From Anaerolineales bacterium (GTDB lineage Bacteria > Chloroflexota > Anaerolineae > Anaerolineales > RBG-16-64-43), in assembly GCA_050010135.1 (NCBI GenBank), contig JBEKLP010000003.1, positions 6,536 through 70,535 of the forward strand: DNA of 64,000 nt, given 5' to 3'. Positions 34,041-42,482 of this stretch are shown one piece after another. A program made the translations under genes and the position numbers. Below the pieces are notes generated by a model. That model made no database searches and had not been told where the DNA came from. It worked only from the letters and a program-made list of their open reading frames with translations. Within the stretch, counting starts at the first letter, position 1. Every line of letters begins with the position of its first letter.

Positions 34041-34823
34041 TTATTGTCCGAGCCAGATCATCGCGCCAAACCGGCCGGTGCGGCCGTGCTCGGCGCGGTG
34101 AGAGAACCAATCTTCGGTATGGCAGGCCGTGCATATTCCGGAGTTATCGATTTTTTCCACGCCCGCCCGGCGCAGAATGAATTCGTTGGCCGCCCATAGA
34201 TCCAAATGAATGCCGTCGTCGCGGTGCACGAGCCATTGGTCCGCCGCCGGTCCGAATAAGGAGCGGAACGCTCCCGCCAGTTCTTCGCCCACCGGATAGT
34301 GGTCGGGCCCGATGGAGGGCCCGATGCCGGCCAGGAGATCCTCCGGACGGGAGTCGAAATGTTCTTGAAAGGCTTCCACCGCGCGCGCAGCCACCCCGGC
34401 CAGCGTGCCCTTCCACCCGGCGTGGGCGATTCCGGCCGCATGCCGAACCGGATCGTAAAACAGGATCGGCACGCAATCGGCAAACCGCATCATGAGCGTG
34501 AGCGACGGGGAATCCGTCACGATCCCGTCGGCCTGCGGCAATGGCCCTCCGGTGGCGGGGGGACGACCCAGGAGGATTCGGTTTGAGTGCACCTGGAAAA
34601 GTTCGGGTATGGATTCCGGATTTCGATTGAACAAGGAGAGCGCCCGGCGGCGGTTTTCGCGCACGCAAGCCGGATCGTCCCCGACCGACGAGCCCACGTT
34701 CAGCGAGCGATACGGATCGCGGCTCGTGCCTCCCCGGCGGGTCAGAATCGCATGCGGCAGGCGCGCAGATTCCAGGCTGGGGAAAGTGTAATACCGGAAA
34801 TCCCCTTGTTCATGATAGGTCAT
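34041..34823 (-). CDS. pgeF: peptidoglycan editing factor PgeF (YfiH/DUF152, laccase-domain protein)
   Basis: ADGIVT, ADCVPILFYDP, AHAGWKG, CT.C....FFSHR motifs. Start at MTYHEQ (ATG 34823). The upstream part of the 615-aa track ORF is a shadow of the next gene. Confidence 0.9.
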   Translation of the reverse strand: MTYHEQGDFRYYTFPSLESARLPHAILTRRGGTSRDPYRSLNVGSSVGDDPACVRENRRRALSLFNRNPESIPELFQVHSNRILLGRPPATGGPLPQADGIVTDSPSLTLMMRFADCVPILFYDPVRHAAGIAHAGWKGTLAGVAARAVEAFQEHFDSRPEDLLAGIGPSIGPDHYPVGEELAGAFRSLFGPAADQWLVHRDDGIHLDLWAANEFILRRAGVEKIDNSGICTACHTEDWFSHRAEHGRTGRFGAMIWLGQ

Positions 34824-35746
34824 GGCCGCCGCGGAGTATTCCCGGCCAGCTCCTCGTCCATGCTTTCCTGCATATACGGGTAGGCGAACCAGACGCTGGT
34901 CAGGCCGAACAGCACGCCGGTGATCACCCGCAACAGCGGGGTGCTCTCGCGGGCGGGGAACGAGAAGAAGGGCAGGTAGCTCAGCAGTTGCGATCCGCCG
35001 TCGAGCCCGATGGGGATGATGCCCAGAGCGATCCACAACGCCCAATGCAACGGCTTGATCCTGCCGCGGAGGAAAGCAAAGGCCAGCCCCGCAATCAGAA
35101 TGGCGCCATAGATGGCCACGCACCGCTCGCAGAGCGCAATCTTGTATCCAAACAGTCCGTTGCCGATAAAAGCCCGCGACGCCCAAATGTCGTTGGGGTC
35201 GATTCCGGTGACGGCCTGGAATTCGGCGCGCGGATAATACAGCTGCTCCCCGAAGAGAAAGAACGAGCGAAATCCCAGCTGGTGGCAAGTGGCGCTGTAG
35301 ACGGTATAGATCCAGCGGGCGGGAGCGGTGGCGCCGATTTTCATCAGCACGGGGGCGAGAAAGGACAAACCGAGGAACACGCCGACGAATCCGTTGAACG
35401 CCGCTAGCCAGTGGCGGGAAAGCCAGCCGGCCGCCCGGTCGGCGGCACCGGATACCGCCTGAACCGGCCGGGGCACCTTGGTCTCCTGCTGGTATTGGCT
35501 GATGGCGCGCGCCAGAGCGAACGCGCTGGCGAGTTCCGGCTTCGACAGCGGCAGGCTGATGCGCCGGCCATTCACTTCCGCCGCGGGAATATTCGCGCCC
35601 GCCGCTTCCTTCCAGACGGAGTTCGAATCCACGTCGCGAAGTTCCAACGCATGGGGATATTCCGCCTGGAGCGCGTCGGACCACTGCCGTGCCTGCGCGC
35701 TGGCGGGATCGTTGGCGCGGACATAGAGGATCAGTTGAAGTGTCAA
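34820..35746 (-). CDS. DUF2085 membrane protein with N-terminal thioredoxin-fold-like domain lacking CxxC
   Basis: CHQLGFRSFF and LCERCVAIYG motifs in a multi-TM region. The first roughly 90 aa resemble a glutaredoxin-like fold but have no Cys. ATGA overlaps at both ends. Confidence 0.7.
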   Translation of the reverse strand: MTLQLILYVRANDPASAQARQWSDALQAEYPHALELRDVDSNSVWKEAAGANIPAAEVNGRRISLPLSKPELASAFALARAISQYQQETKVPRPVQAVSGAADRAAGWLSRHWLAAFNGFVGVFLGLSFLAPVLMKIGATAPARWIYTVYSATCHQLGFRSFFLFGEQLYYPRAEFQAVTGIDPNDIWASRAFIGNGLFGYKIALCERCVAIYGAILIAGLAFAFLRGRIKPLHWALWIALGIIPIGLDGGSQLLSYLPFFSFPARESTPLLRVITGVLFGLTSVWFAYPYMQESMDEELAGNTPRRP

Positions 35747-36324
35747 GAGGCAACTCCCATGCGGGAAAGGATGGTATCGATCTCGGAGGAATCCAATGCG
35801 CCGATTTTAATCTGATGAACGGTGCCGTCGGCATCGATAAAAAAGCTTGTTGGCAGGCCGCGGACCAGATAAAGGTCGCGCACCGCAAGCGACGGATCCA
35901 GCAGGATGGTAAGCGAGGTGATGGAGAGCGATTCGGCGAAGGAACGGACCTCGTCCTCCGGTTCGCCCGTTTCCACGGCGATCACCCGCAGAGAATTTTC
36001 ATACTTCTTCGCAATGCGGTCCAGGAGCGGCAGTTCTTCGCGGCACGGATCGCACCACGTGGCCCAGAAGTTAATCAGCACGGCTTTATGGCCCAAGCCG
36101 GAAAGCTTGACCGAATGATCCTGTAAATCCGTCAAGGTAAAATCCGGCGCCGACGCGCCGACGATTGGCGCGGGAGCCGCGGTAATCGCGGCGCGGTGAA
36201 GTGCGGCGGTGGGACGGAGGGAGGTTTCGGCGGGGGAACCCGGCGCAAACCAGAACGCGGCTCCCACCCCAACCCCCAGAGCGGCTCCCGCCAGGAGTAA
36301 CACGAATACCTTGCCCGCGCTCAT
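35743..36324 (-). CDS. membrane-anchored TlpA/ResA-like thiol-disulfide oxidoreductase
   Basis: N-terminal TM anchor. APDFTL.DL....V.LS...KAVLINFWATWCDPCREELP. Confidence 0.85.
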   Translation of the reverse strand: MSAGKVFVLLLAGAALGVGVGAAFWFAPGSPAETSLRPTAALHRAAITAAPAPIVGASAPDFTLTDLQDHSVKLSGLGHKAVLINFWATWCDPCREELPLLDRIAKKYENSLRVIAVETGEPEDEVRSFAESLSITSLTILLDPSLAVRDLYLVRGLPTSFFIDADGTVHQIKIGALDSSEIDTILSRMGVAS

Positions 36325-36336
36325 CCGTCGTCTGCC

Positions 36337-37056
36337 CTATAAACCGATTTCCCAACTGGGCAGCCAGCGGATCAGAACCGCCAACTGGCCCGTCGCAAAC
36401 AGCGCGCCGAAAACGGCCAGGATCAAACCGGCGGCGATGGAGACATACCGGGAGACTTTGTTCAAGGTGCACATCCATTTTCCGATTCGATCCATGAATA
36501 GCGCCAGGAGCAGCAGCGGCACGCTCATTCCGAGTGCATAGACCGCTAGGAGCAATACTCCCCGCGCCAGCGAGCCTTCATATGCAGCGACGGTCAGCAC
36601 CGAGCCGAGGACCAAGCCGATGCAAGGGGTCCAGCCGGTGCCGAACACAAAGCCCATTGCCGCCGAGGAGGCGTATCCCAGGCGCGGGTTCGGTTGTACT
36701 TTCGGGCGCAAGGTGTAGTCTAAAAACGGGATGTGGATCAAGCCCATCAGCTGCAGCCCGAACACCACCATCAACACACCGCCGATCCGTGCCAGCCATT
36801 CCCGGTACTCGAGCATCCATCGCCCGAGAACCGAAGCCGTGGCACCCAGAGCGATGAACATAAGGCTGAATCCGATGGCGAACGCCAAGCCGTGAAGGAA
36901 CACCTGCCAGCGTCCAGCTTTTTCCGGATCGCATCCGGCGGCGAGACCGGCCAGGTAAGCTAGGTATCCGGGCATAACCGGCAGAATACAGGGTGAGAGG
37001 AAGGACACCACGCCCGCCAGCCAAATCCAACCGATGGGAAACTGCGTTGCCTCCAT
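36337..37056 (-). CDS. ccdA: cytochrome c biogenesis / thiol-reductant transporter CcdA (DsbD core family)
   Basis: FLSPCILPVMPGYLAYL and GTGWTPCIG motifs. Six or more TM helices. Confidence 0.9.
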   Translation of the reverse strand: MEATQFPIGWIWLAGVVSFLSPCILPVMPGYLAYLAGLAAGCDPEKAGRWQVFLHGLAFAIGFSLMFIALGATASVLGRWMLEYREWLARIGGVLMVVFGLQLMGLIHIPFLDYTLRPKVQPNPRLGYASSAAMGFVFGTGWTPCIGLVLGSVLTVAAYEGSLARGVLLLAVYALGMSVPLLLLALFMDRIGKWMCTLNKVSRYVSIAAGLILAVFGALFATGQLAVLIRWLPSWEIGL

Positions 37057-37069
37057 CGAAGCGCGCCGC

Positions 37070-38200
37070 TCAGCCGACGACCTTGACCCGCGTCCCGCCC
37101 GTTCCCAGCTTTTCCACGTCGCCCGCCGGATACGGAGCGGCAGGGGTGGTCCAGCGGAAAATCCACTTCGCGTCTTCCGGACGGGCGTTTACGCAGCCGT
37201 GCGATTTAGGGATCCCAAAATCGTTATGCCAGTAGGTGGAATGGATCGCCTCCCCGTGCCCGGAGAACAGGCAGGTCCAGCCCACACCCACCAGGTCGTA
37301 ACCGGTTGTGAGGTCGCCGCCGCCCATGCGCAATCCGATCCGTTTGCGATAGATCGGGTGATCGCCCACTGGAGTCGTCCACTGGCCGGTGTCGGGATCG
37401 TGCCCGCCTGAGGAAATCACGGCATAATAAACTTCCTTGCCGTTTTCCCGCGCGGAGAGGGTGAGAAGATTTCCCGTAAGATCGACCACGATCTGTTTGT
37501 CTTCAACATTGGGAGAAATGGGAGCGGTTTCTTCGGCGGTGATCACCCGCAGACCTTCGGCGCGGGCGTACATCGGCGCCGCCAGCTCGTCCAGGAAATA
37601 CCACACCCGGCCGCCGCTGTCCGTGACTGCTTTCGTCGCTGGAAAGATCGCCGCGTTATACAACGTGGCGGGACGGCTGTATGGCTGAAGCAAATAGGAC
37701 GGCGAGTTTATGTCCGGCGCGACATGTCCCTGAAGCCATGGTACGCTCACTTCCACCCAGACCTTCCCGTCGGGAATGGAATTGAGCGGGGTCTGGATTT
37801 GGAATTCCTGGGGGAAGACGTACGGCGCCCAAAGGTATCCGTCGGGGGTTTCGAACCAGCGGTGATTGTGCGGGTCCGCTGCCGGGCCCTTGCCGACCAC
37901 CTCCCGTAAAATTGTGACGATATTATCCACGTATTTCTTTCCAACCGCCGGAGCCTCCGCATCCGGATGCGTGCGCAGCGAGAGAGTCGCCAGCACGCGC
38001 CCCAGCCGGGTTCCGTTGGAATAGGTTTTCTTCCACTCGTCGATCAGATCGACGGCCGATTGCTTCCAAAGGCTCGGGATATTCTTCGGGACCAGTTCAT
38101 AACCCGCGCCGATGGCGGCCAATTGGAGAAATTTCCTGCGCGATAGTTTCACAAGTAAGCTCCGGAGGAAAAGCATACCGGGAAGAGGGATTTTAGACAA
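37070..38200 (-). CDS. Tat-exported L,D-transpeptidase (YkuD domain)
   Basis: Twin-arginine signal SRRKFLQLAAIGAG. C-terminal IHSTYWHNDFGIPKSHGCVNA. Confidence 0.85.
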   Translation of the reverse strand: MSKIPLPGMLFLRSLLVKLSRRKFLQLAAIGAGYELVPKNIPSLWKQSAVDLIDEWKKTYSNGTRLGRVLATLSLRTHPDAEAPAVGKKYVDNIVTILREVVGKGPAADPHNHRWFETPDGYLWAPYVFPQEFQIQTPLNSIPDGKVWVEVSVPWLQGHVAPDINSPSYLLQPYSRPATLYNAAIFPATKAVTDSGGRVWYFLDELAAPMYARAEGLRVITAEETAPISPNVEDKQIVVDLTGNLLTLSARENGKEVYYAVISSGGHDPDTGQWTTPVGDHPIYRKRIGLRMGGGDLTTGYDLVGVGWTCLFSGHGEAIHSTYWHNDFGIPKSHGCVNARPEDAKWIFRWTTPAAPYPAGDVEKLGTGGTRVKVVG

Positions 38201-38218
38201 GGGCGGTAGGAATTAGGA

Positions 38219-38291
38219 CCCCTCACCCCGCCGGAAAATCGCCGGCTTCCCCTCTCCCAGTTTATACTGGGAGAGGGGTAAGGGGTGAGGG
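38219..38291. repeat. nested C-rich/G-rich palindromic element in a 105-bp divergent intergenic region
   Basis: Perfect 12-bp stem CCCCTCTCCCAG (38249-38260) paired with CTGGGAGAGGGG (38267-38278). Outer arms CCCCTCACCCC (38219-38229) and GGGGTGAGGG (38282-38291). Inner GCCGG...CCGGC hairpin. The 3' arm overlaps the yjbQ SD region. Confidence 0.8.
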
Positions 38292-38305
38292 AGAGAAGAA
38301 ACCAA

Positions 38306-38725
38306 ATGCTTTCCTATCGAAAAGAACTGTGGTTCAACCTTCCCGCGCGGCGGGGTTTCGTGAACATCACCCAGGAGGTGGAGCAGGCGCTCGGGGATAG
38401 TAGAATCCGGGAGGGACTCGTGCTGGTCAATGCGATGCATATCACCGCCTCGGTTTTCATCAACGACGACGAGTCCGGTCTGCATGAGGATTACGACGCC
38501 TGGTTGGAAAGGCTCGCGCCGCACGAGCCGGTATCACAATACCGGCACAATCGCACCGGCGAGGACAACGGCGACGCGCATCTCAAGCGCCAGGTGATGG
38601 GCCGCGAAGTGGTGGTGGCGGTGACGCAGGGGAAGCTGGACTTCGGCCCCTGGGAGCAGATTTTCTACGGAGAGTTTGACGGACGCAGGCGGAAAAGGGT
38701 GCTGATAAAAATTATTGGGGAGTGA
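38306..38725 (+). CDS. yjbQ: YjbQ/UPF0047 family protein (secondary thiamine-phosphate synthase-type)
   Basis: ITQEV.....S.I.EGL.LV...[16 protein letters not shown]....L..L.P......[17 protein letters not shown] 38306 preferred. Confidence 0.85.
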   Translation: MLSYRKELWFNLPARRGFVNITQEVEQALGDSRIREGLVLVNAMHITASVFINDDESGLHEDYDAWLERLAPHEPVSQYRHNRTGEDNGDAHLKRQVMGREVVVAVTQGKLDFGPWEQIFYGEFDGRRRKRVLIKIIGE

Positions 38726-38869
38726 AGAACAGCGCGGGATGCCGCATGGTTTCCGGCATCACCGATCCTGTGAGATTGGCAACAAGCTGCGGTGGATTCG
38801 CAATACTGAAAGCGGAACAACAGATATATAATCAATAAAGAACCATACAGGGATAATCCAGGAGGCGGT

Positions 38870-39821
38870 ATGCGACCCTTTGCATGGACTTTCCATCGTG
38901 TTCGAATAATCGGTGTCGGATTATTCCTCATAGGTATTTCCGTCTTCCCGGTTTCCGACGTTGCTGCGAAATCTTCCACGAAAGCCAATCCTTCGGAACA
39001 ATCGAAAATGGTGGGATAGTACGTCTATTTTGACGGCACCAATGCCAAACGTTTGTGCGTCGGGCAAAAAACGGACCTGATCGTGAATTTTGGTTCGATC
39101 GATCCCTTGCTGCACCCCCTGGTCCCCATCGACAGCATCGATATCTCCTCCGCCAACAATACGGTTGACCCGGTGGAAATCCAGCCGATGAGCAATTCCG
39201 GGGCGGTGAGTTCGGTCTTCACGGCCAAGAAAGCGGGGACCGATACGATCGTTACGATTTTATGCAATTATTGGTACGGCTATAAGGAAGAGGTCAGCGC
39301 CGCCCAGGACACCATCACCATCAAGGTCCTGAAAACGTGCCAATATCATTACAAGCTCCACGGGGAATTGAATGTAAAAATCTCAAAAGCGAAATCTCGG
39401 AGTCTCTGCGGTTTACCTTCGATTCGGTGGGCGATCTCATGGCGCAGGACCCTGACCGACCGGATTTGCTGACGGGCGAGAATAACGCGATCACCCTCGA
39501 GACCATGATCACCGATTTAACCATGCTGGATTGCTCCTTGGTCAGCCAGGATTCCGGTTACGGATATGGCAGCGTGATCAGCAGGTGCCGGTTTCCATGT
39601 CGGCTATGATCCCGTCCGAAGGGAGTTTTACCGACGGGGAGGATTTTTCCGGGGGAGGAGGCACCCTTCCGATCCAGCCGGACTTTTTACAGGAGGGCTT
39701 GGATCGGCTTAAATCGGTTGCGACCGGCAGCTATACGGCGATGCTTTCGCTATTCGGCGGGAAGAGCAATAAACTTGCGGGCGTCGAGATGCGATCCTGT
39801 TGGATAAGCCTCAAGGACTGA
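38870..39821 (+). pseudogene. decayed tandem paralog of the 39918-40922 gene
   Basis: GGAGG RBS plus signal peptide, then an in-frame TAG at 39017-39019. A 1-nt deletion near 39370-39390 relative to the paralog. A 103-nt deletion at about 39575 removes the NASAEID...GQCG segment. Three reading frames are needed to recover the homology. Confidence 0.7.
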
Positions 39822-39917
39822 TCGGAAGGGTTTTTTACAAAATTTGCTTTTTTTTCATTCCTGCATAGAATCTAATCATCTGATGATTGGCGGAAAGTTT
39901 CCGGGAGGAGGGGAAGC

Positions 39918-40922
39918 ATGAAAATTCTCCGCGTAAGGTTTTTCCTGATCCTTTCCTTGTTGATTGGACTATCGTCATTGCCGGTCTCCCGGGTTGCGGC
40001 CGAAATTTCACAGGCCGGCGGCTCGATCCCAAAAGCAGAGACCGCCCATGGCTATCAGATCCATTTCGTCCAACCTCATATATCGAAGCTCTGCGTTGGA
40101 CAAAAAACAATATTGGAAGCCGAGTTTGGCCCCGATAGTTTCTTAACGCCGCTGATAGATGTTAGCAGCATCACGTTTTGGACATCGAATGGAAATTCCC
40201 TCTCGCAAGAGAGCCTCTTTCCAGTTGTCAAAGCGGGGGTGGTGAGCAGCACCTTTACGGCAAAAAACGAGGGTACGGATACGTTAAGTGTTGATGTGGC
40301 GGTTTACCATTATGAAAATGGCACGCCAACCGGCGAAGTTCTTTCGGACTCCGATACAACCACCATTGAGGTCCTGAAATCGTGCCAATATCATTACAAG
40401 CTCTACGGGGAATTGACCGTAGATATCGTCGAAGGCGAAATCTCGGAATCTTTGCTATTTACCGTGGATTCGTCAGGCGATCTCATGCCGGAGGATCCGG
40501 ACCATCCGGACATGCTGACGAGCGAGAATAACGCGATACACATCACCGCCATGATCACCAATTTAACTATGCCGGATTGCTCCTTGGTCAGCCAGGATTC
40601 CGGAGACGGATTTGGCAGCGTGAATGCGTCCGCTGAAATAGACAGCGACGCAAAGACAATCCGTTTTACGCTCGGTCCGCCTCAAGACTTTCAGTGGGGT
40701 AAATCCGCTGTCGGACAATGCGGGGATCAACAAGTGCCGGTTTCCATGTCCGCCATGATCCCATCTGAAGGGAATTTTATCGACGGGGAGGATTTTTCCG
40801 AGGACGGCGGCACGCTTTCGATCCAGCTGGATTTCTTCCAGAAGGGCTTGGATCGGCTTGAGTCGGTTGCGACCGGCAGCTACACGGCGATGCTTTCTCT
40901 GGAGCCGGAGGATTCGCAATGA
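39918..40922 (+). CDS. secreted protein of unknown function (Big_2-like N-terminal region)
   Basis: Strong RBS GGGAGGAGGGG. Signal peptide MKILRVRFFLILSLLIGLSSLPVSRVAA. ...SSTFTAKNEGTDTLSV resembles a bacterial Ig-like fold. The rest is unassigned. Confidence 0.7.
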   Translation: MKILRVRFFLILSLLIGLSSLPVSRVAAEISQAGGSIPKAETAHGYQIHFVQPHISKLCVGQKTILEAEFGPDSFLTPLIDVSSITFWTSNGNSLSQESLFPVVKAGVVSSTFTAKNEGTDTLSVDVAVYHYENGTPTGEVLSDSDTTTIEVLKSCQYHYKLYGELTVDIVEGEISESLLFTVDSSGDLMPEDPDHPDMLTSENNAIHITAMITNLTMPDCSLVSQDSGDGFGSVNASAEIDSDAKTIRFTLGPPQDFQWGKSAVGQCGDQQVPVSMSAMIPSEGNFIDGEDFSEDGGTLSIQLDFFQKGLDRLESVATGSYTAMLSLEPEDSQ

Positions 40923-42292
40923 AAAGCCAACCCCCTTCCGGAAAACGTGTTGGGTTGTATATTCTTGCGGTTGGGGGGTGGATCCTCCTTTCCTGCTCGC
41001 TGAGTCTTCCCTTTGCCTCCTCATCCCCTTCAACCGGCGGCAGCTCGGGGGTTTTACTGCAGGATCCCACCTTGGGTCTGGCGGATCTGGCGGGTTACCA
41101 CGCGACCCTGAGCCAGGACGTCACCGGGACCCTCAAAGGCGCCGCGTTCGAGCGCCATACGAAACTCGAGCTAACCCGCGCCCCGGCGACGGGGGATTTC
41201 GATTTCTCCCTTACGATTCAAGGGAGCGACGAGCCCTCCACCTATTTGCGGGTGATCGGGCTCGGGCCGGCAATTTACGCGTGGAAATCGCCCGTGGGGC
41301 GATGCGCAGGCGAGTATGACGAACAATCGGCGAAAAAGCTGATCGACCCGACCGCGATGCTGTCCCCCGTCTCCAAGGCGACCAAAGTCGGAAACGAATC
41401 TGTCAACGGGATCCCCGCGACGCATTACCGCTTCGACCAGAATTCGCTCCCCTGGGCGGACCCGAAACCCAAGGTCGCCGGAGAAATATGGATCGCCAAT
41501 ACCGGAGGATACGTCGTCAAATATCTGTTGAACGTATCCGCTCCTTCAAAGCCCGATTCGAATGAGGCCCAAGTCGCTCAAACCTGGGACTATGAGGTCG
41601 ACGGGACCGATGGCTCGGCGTCGGTCGCGTTGCCGAAAGGCTGCCTGGAAGTTCTAACGGATGTTCCGGTGATGGCGGACGCCCAATCGCTCATCCGCGC
41701 AAACGGCATGACGGATTTCGTGACCGCCTCGACCGGCCGGCAGGTTCTCGATTTTTATTCGCAGAATCTACCGCCGCTGGGCTGGAAGAGCGACAAGGAA
41801 TTACCGGCCGGGGACGTTCCGTTGCCGTTCGCCGCCTCGTTTACCAACAGCGGCCGACGCGTCTCCCTTCGACTGAGTCAAGCCGTTCCATCAGGGGTGG
41901 ATGTGACCTTCCTGCTTCTTGGTGCCGTTGGTTCGTCCGCCACAACCCAACCGACCGTGAAGCCCGGCCGAGCGACCGCAACACCGGGGCTTGCGCCGAC
42001 CGTGCCTCTCTCCCAAAGCGGGTTGCCCGAGGATATCCCGCTCTACCCGGGGGCGACCGGCCTGATGAAATTGTCCGATCAGGCGGTCGAGTTTTCAACG
42101 ACCGATTCGACGGACAAGGTCGATCAGTTTTACCAGCAGCAAATGCCGGCGCAAAAATGGACGCTGCTGAGCGCCACTAAGCAGGGCGCAAATATCATCG
42201 ACGTCTGGCAAAAAGACGATCGGGTCGCAACGATCACCATCCTGCCCCAAGGAGGCAATACGGTAGTGATGATCACGTTCGCCAGTTCATGA
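40919..42292 (+). CDS. lipoprotein of unknown function with internally duplicated C-terminal module
   Basis: ATGA overlap with the upstream gene. Lipobox ILLSCS. Two roughly 85-aa modules share D(V/I)P..........V(L/D)(D/Q)FY.Q..P...W. Confidence 0.7.
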   Translation: MKSQPPSGKRVGLYILAVGGWILLSCSLSLPFASSSPSTGGSSGVLLQDPTLGLADLAGYHATLSQDVTGTLKGAAFERHTKLELTRAPATGDFDFSLTIQGSDEPSTYLRVIGLGPAIYAWKSPVGRCAGEYDEQSAKKLIDPTAMLSPVSKATKVGNESVNGIPATHYRFDQNSLPWADPKPKVAGEIWIANTGGYVVKYLLNVSAPSKPDSNEAQVAQTWDYEVDGTDGSASVALPKGCLEVLTDVPVMADAQSLIRANGMTDFVTASTGRQVLDFYSQNLPPLGWKSDKELPAGDVPLPFAASFTNSGRRVSLRLSQAVPSGVDVTFLLLGAVGSSATTQPTVKPGRATATPGLAPTVPLSQSGLPEDIPLYPGATGLMKLSDQAVEFSTTDSTDKVDQFYQQQMPAQKWTLLSATKQGANIIDVWQKDDRVATITILPQGGNTVVMITFASS

Positions 42293-42482
42293 TGCGGTTT
42301 CTCCCGTTGGACCCGTAGCGGGATGGGGAAAGTGGGGAATGGAAAAACCATTTCACCGCAAAGGCGCAAAGAGCGCTAATGTTCACTTAAATTTCTTGAC
42401 GGTCTATGCGTCCCCGGCCCGACCTACCAGGGGCGGGCTTTGCGGTAAGAACCAGTTTTTTTATTAATATAGCGTTATCGAT

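Noticed and set aside
34824-35888. N-terminal 355 codons of the 615-aa track ORF that ends as pgeF.
   Set aside because: This part is an out-of-frame shadow of the DUF2085 gene (34820-35746), which has clear TM and Cys motifs. PgeF homology starts at MTYHEQ (34823), and the ATGA overlap fits the operon pattern.
38870-40922. Possibility that the two similar copies are a DGR template/variable repeat pair or a phase-variation cassette.
   Set aside because: There is no reverse transcriptase or recombinase gene nearby. Differences between the copies are not confined to adenine positions. The frameshift is not in a simple-sequence tract. The lesions (nonsense codon, 1-nt and 103-nt deletions) look like ordinary decay.
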